Origin: Basidiobolus meristosporus CBS 931.73
Taxonomy: Eukaryota > Fungi > Basidiobolomycota
Direction of reading: 5' to 3'
NCBI GenBank assembly: GCA_002104905.1
Contig: MCFE01000667.1
Coordinates: 1-48,350 of the forward strand
Length of the DNA: 48,350 nucleotides
Shown here: one piece after another, positions 36,736 to 48,350 of the stretch
Layout: the number at the start of each line of letters is the position of its first letter
Numbering within the stretch: the stretch's first letter is position 1
Program-made: the position numbers and the translations under genes
The notes under the pieces: model-generated
The model's database searches: none
The model's input: the letters and a program-made list of their open reading frames with translations, nothing else
What the model was told of the DNA's origin: nothing

Positions 36736-37826
36736 TGTACCATCTAAAAGCCCCACACTGGTGGTGTGTAGGTCCAGGGGAGAGATATACCCAACACTTC
36801 TCTTGTATTTTGTGTGTAGGGTGCCCACTGGGTGCAATAACCTCAAGCAATAGCTTGCTAGGAATACTTGGGCTATGTCTCTAATCAAATGTGATGGGCA
36901 ACAAAGCCACAAGCTTATCAAGCAAGAGCTATTGAGCTACAAGCCCCAACCTAATTAGTATCTTAACAAAAGTATGCACTGGACTCAGTGTTCATTGAGA
37001 TGACAATGTACTAAAGCTTCCAAAAGCCAAACAACTGTAAGCTCCACCAGCAGGGTCTTGATAGGAATGCAGTGGGGGTCAATGGTTACAAAGACAGAAA
37101 AGTATCTTTGCCTGTACAAGAACAAACTTAGGAAAGAATCAAATGTGACAAAGGAAGTCTACATTGAGTATTCCTCAGAAGTAGTACATATAAGGTCAGT
37201 TAGTGGTTGGTGCAACTTCCTGGAAGTGTCCTGTGGTTTGGAATTAGAAGTTGAGGTAGCTGCAGGTAGTAGCAATCTCACTAATCAACAAGTTAGTATA
37301 TTGATAAATGGGATGATGATTCATTGTGGAGGGATTGCCTTTGTTATATACTTTTCTTACTGGCCAAATGATTACAGACTATAGTGCTCCAGAAGATTCT
37401 GGAGATCAATGGAAATCTTAATGAAATCAGTTGGGTCTAAGAATGCTCTAAGTAGATACCAAAAGGCTCTATGAAGCACAGCACATCCAATTAGTCAGGG
37501 ATCAGTATTCTGAAACCTATGTATCATAGTGATATTGTATATGGAATGAAAATGGTAAGTATGGGAACACCACTTGATCAGGTGTCTCAGGTTCTGGTGC
37601 ATGTGCTTGCTTAATATAGAGGCAATAACATCTAGCAATCTTACATAAAGTGAGGGATAATATATGCACTGAATAAGTAGGTATCACAGTTTGCTGGCTT
37701 TTGCAATAGTACTGATCATATAAGACAAGTGGGATAAAACTAAAATAAGGGTAGTAGGGAAATAGGGATATAAAGAATATGGGAATGGGCACATCTGTCA
37801 GTGGGTGTGACTGTGACCCCATTACA
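36736..37826. mobile_element. About 1.1-kb insertion within the copia RT; probable solo LTR of a second family (B)
   Basis: RT is interrupted after TPMETT..PNQE and resumes DFPYPSMVASLIY. The insert has TGTA...TACA ends (left end uncertain) and shares blocks with 38973-40081 (gggtgcaataacctc; cagggatcagta.tctgaaacct; actgatcatata). Confidence 0.65.
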
Positions 37827-38303
37827 CAGATTTTCCTTATCCATCTATGGTTGCCAGTTTGATATATATCATTTTTGGAACATGTCCAGATATGTCATGT
37901 TCAGTAGGAGTTGTCAGCCAGCATAACTATACCTATGGATCTGATCACATTGGAGTAGCTAAATGAGTTTTTACCTACCTAAAAGAAACTGCTGATGTCT
38001 GCATAAGGTACATCTATAAAGATTCAGAATAAGACCTGCTGGGATGCTCTAATGCTGATTGCGGACAAAATTTAGAAGACAGAAGATCAACTACAAGATA
38101 CACCTTTCATCCCTATAAAGAAGTAATTTCATGAAATTCAAGAATGCAACTAACTATAGTACTTACTTCTGTAGAGGCAGAGTACATGGCAGTCTGCAAA
38201 GCTACAACAGAAGCAATGTGATTAAAAAAGCTTTCAAAAATTTAGGCTTATAACAAAAAATGCCTCGTACTTTATTTCAAGACAATCTAGGATGTATACA
38301 ATT

Positions 38304-38483
38304 GACTTGTTCCATCATTCCAGCTAATCATAGTGCCCAATGGTGCCATAGCATACCAGATGGTGCCATACAGTGCCAATTTGGTATCAAAATCAACATG
38401 CATATGACCCTAAAATATCAAATTAATAACAAAATATACAGCACTTTTGGGCACTATGATCAATGGCACAATGGAACAAGTCT
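38304..38483. mobile_element. MITE family D, 180 bp, about 36-bp TIR, AATT target duplication
   Basis: Left end GACTTGTTCCATCATTCCAGCTAATCATAGTGCCCAA; reverse complement of right end GACTTGTTCCATTGTGCCATTGATCATAGTGCCCAA. Removing the insert and one AATT restores the RNase H frame IQLGRNPAFHTRTKHID. Confidence 0.88.
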
Positions 38484-38972
38484 AATTAGGTAGAAATCCA
38501 GCTTTTCATACTAGAACTAAGCACATAGATATTAGACCTCATTTCATATATGAAGTTATAGCAAATATCTTAGTGAACTAAGCTTATCTTCCTACAGATG
38601 AAATGATTGCAGAAGTATCACCAACCTATCAGCTAAAGACAAATTTGAGTATCTTGGGTCAAAACTGGGACTAGTCAGTGTGAGCATTTAATTGAGTGGG
38701 AGTGTTGTAGGCATTTGTAATTCCACCTAAATATGCACCTAACTATGTCACTTTGATCATTACCTTTAAATCTTAGAGAATACTCTCCAAGTTCCTTGTC
38801 GGGATCTACACAGAGTATTTTTACTAAAATATCAGGTACCCAGAACATGAAAATTCTCAAAGGTGTCCAAACAGCTCAAAAGCTTGCACACATGTTCTTG
38901 AGACCTTCCTAAGTCTATTTTATGTGCTTGTTATGGCAAGGCCATGTACAAGTATTAAAACTACTTTCATAT

Positions 38973-40081
38973 TGTGGAGGAGTAGAGGTACTGCTGGAAG
39001 AAGCTACACTACACAAGGTGTGTGAGGTGTCTGATGGGTGCAATAACCTCTGGGTCTAAACTGCTGGTGTCTTTGTTGATATGTCAATATGGTAAAAGCT
39101 TGTGCTTCTCTAGCTCCCTAGGTGCTCCAAGTGTCTCCAAAGGCCTCTATGTCTCTTGTACACTACCCTGAAGTGATCTTGATGACAGGTCTGAGGTGTA
39201 ACTGTTGAAGGTATATGCAGTGAGCAACTGCTAATCAATAGGGGAAAAGTGTTACTGATAGAAAAGATGACTAATGGATAAGAGATCAACTTCCCTTAAA
39301 TAGTTTTTCTGATTGCCAAGTGATTACTGATGACAAACTTCTATAAGATTCCAGGCATCAGTGAAATTCTGAATGATATCACTACATGCTAAAAATACTC
39401 CAAGAAGGTCCTGGAAGGTTCTAAAAGGCACAGCATATTTAACCAATCAGGGATCAGTAGTCTGAAACCTCTGCAAAATAAAGACTCCTTATATAGTATT
39501 GAAATGGTACCCTATGAAAATCTGAAATATGGAATTCATCTGATTTTTAGCTGGTATTCTGCTGGTATTCTAATGGCATTTTGCTTGTATTCAGCTGGTG
39601 TTTTGGGTTCAAAATCTCAAATCCAATTTTTGATGCAAATAATGGGCAGCTAATTACCAAATTTGGCATGGATGCTAGTCTGCCTAGTCTCCTCCTGGAG
39701 AACTTGTTTGCTTGCCTGCCAATCAGCTAAGAACAGAAATATTGAGAGTTGTCAATTCTGAGAAACTTGGAATTCAGCTGGTACTACAATGGAATTTTGC
39801 TGGCCTTCTCTCAATTTTTTTCTTAGGGGTAGGGATGGCAACACAGACTTAGGCCATTTGTCACAGGTACTTGTCTAATGTGAATATATATACTGATCAT
39901 ATACCTCAATAGTATCTGGGATAACTTATGCTAATAACTAATCAGGGTAAACATCAAATAGGGATAATACTAATAGTATGGGCAAAGTAAAGTGGGATAA
40001 CACTGATGAGAGAAAATAAGAATAAGTGCATTGTAATAACCATATGAAAAACTTTGTGGGAAGTATGTTTACCCTGCCACA
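38973..40081. mobile_element. Solo LTR of family B (TGTGG...CCACA) carrying an internal MITE
   Basis: 5-bp terminal inverted repeat with TG..CA ends; flanks ATAT/ACAT (4-bp TSD with one transition); homologous to 36736-37826. Confidence 0.75.
39510..39828. mobile_element. MITE family C, copy 2
   Basis: CCCTATGAAAAT...TTTTTTCTTAGGG with a perfect GTA/GTA TSD; absent from the homologous position of 36736-37826. Confidence 0.88.
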
Positions 40082-40314
40082 ACATTCAATAAATCATTAA
40101 GTGAAAACCATGCATTTACTTGCTCTCCTAATCATTTCTAAAATCTCCAAGAGTCTTTTAATGCAAAACACCATACTAAAACCCACTGAATAGTAGCTCA
40201 GAATCCAATGAATTTCAGCTTTGAGATTCTTCATGGGGTCTAGTGAAAGCAGCAATAGTCTGGTTATTAGTTCTTCCTAGCTCCTATGAGATTCCCACTG
40301 TTTTAGGTAGATGA

Positions 40315-40664
40315 TGCTGTAGAAATTTGTAATTCCATCTAAGAACTCTCCTGACTTAGTCACTTAGATCATTACCTTCAGATTCTAGAGAATACTGACC
40401 AAATTCCTTGTTGGGACTTACTTAGAATATTCTCACCAGAATCCCAGGTACTCAGAACATGAAAGTTCTCAAAGTTGTCCAAACAGCCCCAAACTTTGCA
40501 CACATGCTCTTGAGATCTTCCTTAACCTATTCTACATGTTTGTAATGTCAAGACCATGTAAAAGTATAAATACTACTTTTACATTCAATAAATCATTAAG
40601 TGAAAACCACATAATCTACTTGTTCTCCCAAATCACTTCCAGTGTCTCCAAGACTCTTACAACA
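40315..40664 (+). mobile_element. Full-length solo LTR of the copia family
   Basis: TGCTGTAG...TTACAACA, 350 bp, TATAAATA and AATAAA present, no CpG seen. Confidence 0.88.
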
Positions 40665-41689
40665 GATAGCATTAACTGGTGTGAGCTGCCATTTTTTTCT
40701 CACACTTAGTTGTCTCTGGCTTGGGCAGGTATTTTGCTCACTTTCTGATCCCGGACACTTAATCACCCCCTACATTTGTGACATTGATTGGCTATTGCCT
40801 CTTTTTCACACTCCTCACTACCTGACTCCACCATTACTCTTACCTTTATGCGTACAAACTGATTTATATCCATTGAAACTGCAGTTATGCCTAAATTGTC
40901 AATTGTATTGTTCTATACAAGTCCCTTTACTCTACATTAGCCTTAAGCACAAACCCACATTTATCCAGTAACTCCATTGAAATCCACCACTCAATCAGTA
41001 TTTCTGCTGCAATGCTCTGTTTCCATGACTCCAACAGGAACCCAATGACTTCATGCTGTGAATAAACATTTAAAACTTATCCAATTTCACTCTGTTAGAA
41101 AATCTAGTACCCTAACTGATTTTCCCTAGCGCAAACATAACTAGTCCCTGTTATGGTTTATTTTATCACTTCTCAGAATCTATCTTTAGCTGTCACACCT
41201 GATCAATTTGCAAGTGGTCATTATGTCCTCAACTGATCTGCTAAGCCTTTCCAAAGGATTAGTCATATGAGATCCATCCAATTACTTAGTAGTTGCCAAG
41301 ACATGAGCTGATTAATGATGCAATTTTTCATTTATCTTATGCACCTACCAACACCCCAACAGATTTCAATTGGTCCAGTCTCTTGGTGCTTACTAATTCT
41401 ACTTGATCAAAAAAATATAAATAAAGATTACTAAACCTTTTGGTTTAGTGTGTGTCTCAACAAAATTAAGAATTCAATAATTCCATTCTAGTATCCACCC
41501 AAGTTTAGCATATCAAACATTCCCAAGAACACCAAGCCTGGCCTGTATAGCAAACCAGTTCTGTTGCGTTTATAGCCCAACTTGACTATATACAAAACCA
41601 ATATTAGACCAGAACTTCTCTGCTAATATTTCTGTCACCCTTGACAATTCTAAGATTCTGCACTTAGTTGTCACTTAGGTTCAATCAAC

Positions 41690-41900
41690 TCATTCAAGAG
41701 TTTTATTACATTTTTCTCTTGGATACAACACTTCACGCCACTGTTCATTCACTGGTTCCCACATGTCCTGGTCTTTGGCCAGCACTACAAGGACTAGCAC
41801 CTCATCTGCCAGTCTTTGCAATAAATCCTTGCAATATTCAAGTGCAATTTCTTGAGCACTGCTCTTGAAGAAGTGCTGCAACCTCTTGGTGTGCCTATTA
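41690..41900 (-). repeat. Decayed coding repeat of unknown family, copy 1
   Basis: Aligns by eye with 44500-44678; the frame reads EVAAL..SAQEIALEYCKDLLQRLADEVLVLVVLAKDQDMWEP. Confidence 0.65.
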
Positions 41901-43679
41901 ATGTATCAAAATTCCACCAAAGGCACTGTGCAGATACATTGGGAGTCATATGTAGACATTGTAGGAGAATTTATCCAGAAGTGGACCACCAATACCAACT
42001 TGACATGTTTACAGTTGTTGTGCAAGAAGTTTGTAATGGGATTTGAGTGTTTATTCACTACTCCATCTTGCCCCAGTTTCTCTTGGTCACAAGCCAATTT
42101 CAATATCATACAATACAGAATTCACACAAACAAGAGCCAAAATGCACCTATAAGGGGGACCATGATCCAGCAGGGAGAAGGAATATATTGGCACATCACC
42201 AAAAAGTTCTTTGTGGATATTCAGGAGGTATTCATGGCAGAAGTGGTGGCAACCTAGCATATGGATGCAAGATGCATATTTTACCAGCAGTAAAGGGTAT
42301 ATGGCAGCTTTGCAAGTATCACACTAAAAAGCTGTAAAGTTGAGGTGATAGAAGTACCTTAATTGCAGCAGGTGTGAGTATTTGCAGAGGTTGGTAAGCA
42401 GGAGGCCATAGGTTTTCTCTGATCTGAAGTATATATAGAATACACAAGGTAGTAGTGGGTACACAAATAATGAGGGGTGATTCTACAGTGGAATATATGA
42501 ATTGCACAAGGGGAGGTAGAAAAAGGACATATCATTTGGTAAATTGGTATAGCAGCATTGTACAGAGCTAGCTGTAGGCCGCAATACTGCTGTGCTAATG
42601 CCATCAAAGGCTTGCAATGAGGCCATCAAAAACACCATCAAGCTTTTTGCTATACAAGACAACTGGATGTACTAGTCAGTTAGATCCATTTAAAATAGTT
42701 GTAGAGTGCATTAAGACCGCAACAATGCCATGCAACTATTGCTACACCACCAATTAAACCCTGTCAAGTTTTTTAACTTTGTTTGGCAGTAAAATTAGCC
42801 ATATGCCGTTGTGATCCTGTAGTAAGAACATTAAGAGGGCCTCTAATTACAAGCTGTTGGTATTATAATGACCTCTAAACAGGATCTTGAAGGCTGATCT
42901 GGATTGAATCCACCCACAGGACCAATTTATTTTTCACAGGGTTTCACTGTATGTATTGTAATAGTGTTGGAGCCCTTAACATTGTTGCTTTGTCCATCAG
43001 TAAGATCTCCATTTTTACTATAATGGAGGACAGGAAGGCTGTGGTAGATGCATTGCATTTCTCTGCAAATTCATCTATTGCACTGGAGTGTGTTGCAATT
43101 TAAGAAGTGATTTGGATATAAGGAACTTATCAAGAAATAGTGATAATAGTTGAACTATTATTTATTAATAAAGAAGCTCAGTATTTATACCTTTGTTGAA
43201 GTAATACAGCTGTAACACCAAGTAAGGAGGGTTTCTCAATATTCACAAGCATTCTGTAACAGTCTCAGGGTTAGTACATAATAATTAGTATTAGTGCTAA
43301 TTTGATCCTGACTATAGGGTCATAATCATAAGATCATGGATCTGAGGAAAGTGGCAAAGTTAGAGCTGTAAACTAGTCCCACAGTGACCAAGACTAGTCC
43401 AGAATTGTTAAGTAAATTTTTAGCTGCAGAATGATACCAAATAGTCCAATATTTCAACAGAGTGTTGCTCAACAGGCTGTGCATCTAACTCTTGTGTAAA
43501 CACCTACTTTCTTGTTGATAATTCTTCTTGGCTATGATGGGAACAAATTACCTTTTGTAGGGTAAATACATATCTAGTACATCTGGTGCCTGCATTTGTA
43601 ATGCTACATATGCATATGCAAATTAAATAGAGCTTATGAGAAGTACTTGCAGTATGCTTAAACATATTCCTTCTGCCTA

Positions 43680-43974
43680 CCCTATAAGAAATCTCAAAGT
43701 TGGAATTCTTTGGACTTTTAGCTGGTGTTCAGCTTTTATTTTGATGGTATTTGTTGCTATTCAGCTGATTTTTATTCTTCAAATTTTAATTGCAACTTTT
43801 GGTATGTTAGACAAGCAGCTGATTACCAAGCTTGAATCAGCGCTTATGGCCTAGACTTCCCATGGGAGTGAATTTAGCTTACCTGCTTTGAAGCTAGTAC
43901 CTGAGATTTAGAGAGTTGTCACTTCTGACATGGTTAGAATTCAGTTGGCATTTTATTAATATTTTTTCTTAGGG
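43680..43974. mobile_element. MITE family C, copy 3
   Basis: CCCTATAAGAAAT...TTTTTTCTTAGGG; flanks CTA/CAA (2 of 3 match). Confidence 0.8.
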
Positions 43975-44499
43975 CAAGTATCTCTAGCTTTTGATAATTT
44001 CATATTCTGGCCTATGGCCTGCAGCATGCCTGCTTTTCAGTTGCTGCACACCAGCTACTGTATGTTCCCTCTGTGAAAGGGAGACATTCTTAGTGTTAGT
44101 GTTTAGATAATCATTTTGTGAGTAATGAAGTAAATTCCCCACCCAATGAAATACTTGTGAGGAACCCATTAAAGGGGTGACATAGAATCTAAATCCTGTG
44201 ACCAGGAGGTATTGACAGCCCAAGACACCATGCAAATGCTGTTGGAAAAAGTTGCACCTTGGAATTCACGTAAAAACTTAGTTTTAATTTCTCATAACCA
44301 CAACATATACTGGTTATAGATGTTGAAATAATTAGGAGTCCATTATTCTGCGTAGTCTTCAGTTGAAACCCCATAGCCAATGATACTAAGCTATACAAGT
44401 CTCTACGCCCAACACTAGCATTAAGCCAAACTTTACACTCAGCAAGTAACTTCATAAAATCTAACATACAATAGGTATTTGTGTCATAAACCCTTTTTT

Positions 44500-44678
44500 C
44501 ACAACTTCAATGGGGACCCTACAGCTGGTTCCCATAAGTGCTGGCTTTCAGTCAGGATTGCAAGGTTGGCACTTCAACCCTCATTCTTGGCAATACATCC
44601 TTGCAATAATTAAGTGCATTTTCTTGATCACTGCGCTTAATTAGTGCTGCAACCTCATAGTGTGCTCAATATTGCTCC
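44500..44678 (-). repeat. Decayed coding repeat of unknown family, copy 2, interrupted by the gypsy LTR
   Basis: The frame reads HYEVAALIKRSDQENALNYCKDVLPRMRVEVPTL..HLWEP; homologous to 41690-41900. Confidence 0.65.
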
Positions 44679-45046
44679 TGTTACAAGTCTTGGTATAAGA
44701 GTTGTAGAGGAATAGGGAGTTTAGCTAGTATTGTATTCACTAAAACTTGAACTGATTTTTATTGAGGTTCCAGCAGCTCCTTATATACATTTTGCCAGAT
44801 CAATTGCTGACTAATTGTATTTCCTAATGTAGGTTGTGGCTGATGACTCATTTGATTGCATCATCATCACCAAATAAGAACCTACTTAATATATCTATTT
44901 CTGTCTGATAAGGATCTGCTGATTCATTTGCTGACTAATGCTACTGATTTCATAGATAATACTGATATACTGATAACCTAAATATATACTAATTGATTTG
45001 ACTAAAAACTGATCTAACTTAAACATTCAAGCGGTAGATCATAACA
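44679..45046 (-). mobile_element. 3' LTR of the Ty3/gypsy element (368 bp)
   Basis: On the minus strand TGTTAT...GTAACA, directly preceded by the PPT TAGTAGGGGAGAA (45059-45047); contains TATATAAG followed by AATAAA. Confidence 0.85.
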
Positions 45047-45056
45047 TTCTCCCCTA

Positions 45057-48000
45057 CTAAAGTTGAGAGGGTTCTCCTGAATCTCTTTTCTTGTGATACC
45101 AATATCTTGATGGTTCAGTATTATCAGCAAGTCTTGCAAGCTTGAGTCTGTCCCTATGCACTAAGTCTTCCCAGATATTACCTTGTTTGTCCACCAGTTG
45201 GTAAGTTGCAAATGGACATTCTCTGATGATCTTGAATGGTCCTGTCCATTGTGGCTCAAACTGCTTCCGAGTGTTGTTTCTTAGCAATACAAAGTTCCCA
45301 ACTGTCAATGCTTCTGGTGCTATAGTCTTATCAAATCTCTGCTTCATCTTTTCTGCGCTTTGAGATACTTTGGTCTGTGCCTCTTGACGTCTTTGTTCCA
45401 GTTGCTGGTGTCTACTTGGCTGACTGAGTTCATCTTCTAAGGTGTCTGTAAGTTTTGGTTGTGTGATATCTCCTGGAATCCTTGGTTCACATCCATAAAC
45501 TAAGTAAAATGGTGATTGCTGGGTGGTGTTGTGTACTCTGACTCTGCATGCAAAGAGTGCTTGGTCTATATACTCATCCCATCTACTGACAACTCCATTT
45601 GCATACTTGGTCAGCATTTTTCCAAATAATCCATTGAACCGCTCAGTGACTCCATTAGTTCTGGGGTGATATGCCGAGGTTTTCAAGTGTCTGATCTGCT
45701 GCATTTCCAGGTAAGCCTCTAATGTCTTTGCCATAAAGTTTGCACCTCTATCAGATAAGATCTCCACAGGGCATCCAAACTTCATCAGGATCTCATGGTA
45801 AATGAAACTTGCAACTTCTTGTTCACTGGCTATTGGTACAGCTTTAGCAACTGGCCATTTAGTGGCATGGTCAATTGCTACTAGGATCCAACGGTTGCAT
45901 TTCCTGGTAGTTGGCAGTCTTCCAATAAAGTCAGTTCCCCATCTCTCAAATGGTCTTACAGGCTCCAAAGGGAAGAGTTTGGCAATTCTTTGTGGCTGGC
46001 CTTGATTGATTTGGCAGTTTGGGCATGTTTTTACTAGCTTCTCAATGTCTTGTTTCATTCTGGGCCACCATGCTCTGGCTTTTACAAGGCTATAGGTTCC
46101 TTCAATCCCAAGATGTCCATATCCACTGTGTAGCTTATGTATTAAATCCAGGCAAGCAACATAAGGACAATAGGCAATAGGGCTTCCATCAACAATTTGG
46201 TAGAGTGTTTCATTCTGTACAACAAATTTGCTGGCTTCATCACGGATTATCTTCTTGATATCTTCATCCACCTCATTAGGAATGGCTTGGTCCTCCAAGT
46301 ACTTTGGTAATAGGCTAGGCCAATCTGATTCATGCACCAAGTTGAGTTGTGCAACTTGATCTAATCTTAATAAGGCATTAGCAACCGTGTTATTTTTTCC
46401 AGGACAATAGACAATCTCCAGGTCAAATTGCTGAATGTATTCACTCCATCTTGTCATTCTTCTAGAGAGTACCTTCTGAGTAAATATATACTTGAGGGAG
46501 GCATGATCAGTCTTCACAGTGCATTTGACTCCTTCAATATAGCATCTCCATGTCTTCAAACAGTGTATTATAGCAAGCATCTCCTTCTCATGGACTGGAT
46601 AGTTTTGTTCTGCTGAGTTCAGTTTCTTGGATTCAAAGGCAAGAGGGTAGTCCTTTCCCTTGTGTTCTTGGCTCAGCACTCCACCAATTGCATAATCTGA
46701 AGCATCTGTGCATAGAGTGAACTCTTTTCTGAAGTCTGGTATTCTTAAGCTTGGCAACTTAGCAAGTTCATTCTTTAGCGTCTGGAAGGCAGTCTCACAA
46801 GCTATGTCCCACTTGTAGGTATTGTCTTTCTTGAGGATATCAGTTAAAGGGGCTGCAATACTTGCAAATGACTTGACAAATCTCCGATAATAGGAAACCA
46901 TTCCAAGGAAGGATCTGAGTTCTGATATGGTATGGGGCTGCTTCAAATTCTTGATTACTTCCACCTTCTTGGGGTCTAAGGTTACTCCTGTGCTAGTAAC
47001 TATGTATCCCAGATATTCTACGTGTTCCTTGAAGAATTCACACTTGGCTAGCTTGCCATATAGCTTGTTCTCTCTTAGTTTCTTCAAGACCTTTTCAATG
47101 TGCACCATGTGATCCTTTTCTGTCTTGCTGTATATCAATATGTCATCCAGGTGGATTATCACAAACTTGTCTAAGTACTCCTGAAAAACAGTCTGCATCA
47201 GCATCATGAATGTTGCAGGGGCATTAGTGAGGCCAAAACTCACAACTAAGTACTTGTAATGTCCATATCTGGTCCTGAATGCTGTCTTAGGGATATCTTC
47301 TGGTTTCACCCTAATCTGGTTGTATCCTGACATGAGGTCAATCTTGCTGAAAATAGTGGCTCCATTAAGTTGGTCCAAAAGCTCATCAATCCAAGGTATG
47401 GAGTACTTATTCTTGACGGTAACTGAGTTCAGGGCTCTGTAGTCAATGCACATCCTAAGTGTTCCATCCTTCTTTTTCACAAAAAGCACTGGTGCTCCCC
47501 AAGGTGACTTGCTGGGCCTGATGTATCCTTGCTCCAATAGCTGATCAATTTGTCTCTTCATTTCCTCCAATTCCAATGGACTCATTCTGTAAGGTGTCTT
47601 GCTCACTGGAGGGCTATCTCCTGTGTCAATGGCATGATCCACGTCTCTGACTGGTGGTAGGCTTACAAGCTCATCTGGAAACACATCTGAATATTTCTTC
47701 AAGAGAGTCTGGACCTGCTGGGGTGCTGGGGTAGAGGAATCCTCCTGTAATACCACCATGAGGAACATCTTGGTACCTTTTCTAAGTGCTCTACAGAACT
47801 GGGTCTTGCTAAGTTCACTTGTCTCACACACACTGGAATTGACCAAGTTGAAATCCAGCATGGCAGGTAATAGCTCACAGGTCTTGTTGTCTTTTTGGAT
47901 CTGAGTAGCATGGGTTCTCCAGTTGATTGATGGATTACAACAAAATAGCCAGGTTTTTCCAAGTACAAGGTCAAACTTGCAGTTCCCAAATATATAAGCC

Positions 48001-48350
48001 TGTAGGTCTTCTTCATAGTCATTGATCTTCATTCTTACTGGCTGGGTAATACGGTTGATTATGTGGGAGTTCCCATCAGCTGTGGAAACTGAAGTTGATT
48101 TGGTAGGTTCCAAGTTGATTCCAGCTTTCAAAGCAAATTGCTCCAACATGTACTCATGCAATGCTCCTGAGTCAATCATGATCTTTGCAGGTACTCCATT
48201 GATTACTCCATTCAAGTACAATAACTTCCCTGAGTTTGAAGTCATTTGGGACAAGTACTCTTCTGTCATATGGAAGGTGAGTTCCAAGTCTTCTTCAAGT
48301 TTGTCATCCATATTACTGTGTTCATGGGACTCAATATGGTTGAAGGTTTT
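45057..48350 (-). mobile_element. Ty3/gypsy pol ORF (PR-RT-RH-IN with GPY/F motif, no chromodomain); frame stays open to the window edge
   Basis: [105 protein letters not shown]. Confidence 0.97.

Larger units (their letters stand above)
33969..38702 (+). mobile_element. Ty1/copia pol remnant: continuation of A plus a duplicated gag-end/protease segment from about 34330, then integrase, RT, RNase H and PPT
   Basis: CKRKGH knuckle resumes where gag A broke off; YIDSGAS occurs twice; NTWDLVKLP, WVFKTK, RLVAKGYSQ, HQVDVKAAFMNGEL, YVDDLIIG, EAEYMA and NPAFHTRTKHID are present; PPT GAGTGGGAG abuts the LTR. Many stops and frameshifts. Confidence 0.93.
38703..40160 (+). mobile_element. Copia 3' LTR split in two (38703-38972 and 40082-about 40160) by an insertion
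   Basis: TGTTGTAG directly follows the PPT; the LTR sequence stops at ctactttcatat and resumes acattcaataaatcattaagtg at 40082. Confidence 0.85.

Noticed and set aside
19960-40664. Recurring 30-50-bp motifs suggesting a CRISPR-like or satellite array
   Set aside because: They are parts of one 350-bp LTR with TG..CA ends, PBS and PPT; there is no regular repeat-spacer period.
29996-43974. Isolated TTAGGG hexamers as telomere seeds
   Set aside because: Single copies that form the right terminus of MITE family C; no tandem array.

Overview
Intron-rich eukaryotic DNA, most likely from an early-diverging (zygomycete-grade) fungus; the taxon is an inference from gene content and short GT-AG introns. 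About 1-29.3 kb is a gene-dense block with normal CpG content. It carries GNA1 (partial), a White collar-1-like LOV-PAS-PAS photoreceptor with no GATA zinc finger, an intronless GPI-type CE4 chitin/polysaccharide deacetylase, CDC27/APC3, an alpha-arrestin, an 8-exon orphan Zn-knuckle/coiled-coil gene and several unresolved spliced genes. A nest of copia LTRs interrupts this block at about 20-21.8 kb. From about 29.7 kb to the end is a strongly CpG-depleted transposon block. It holds a decayed Ty1/copia family inserted into itself in inverted orientation, two MITE families (CCC-ended with 3-bp TSD; about 36-bp TIR with AATT TSD), a second long-LTR family, and a Ty3/gypsy element with an open pol frame, PPT and 3' LTR. 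All gene models and alignments were made by hand from the sequence; no database searches were run.
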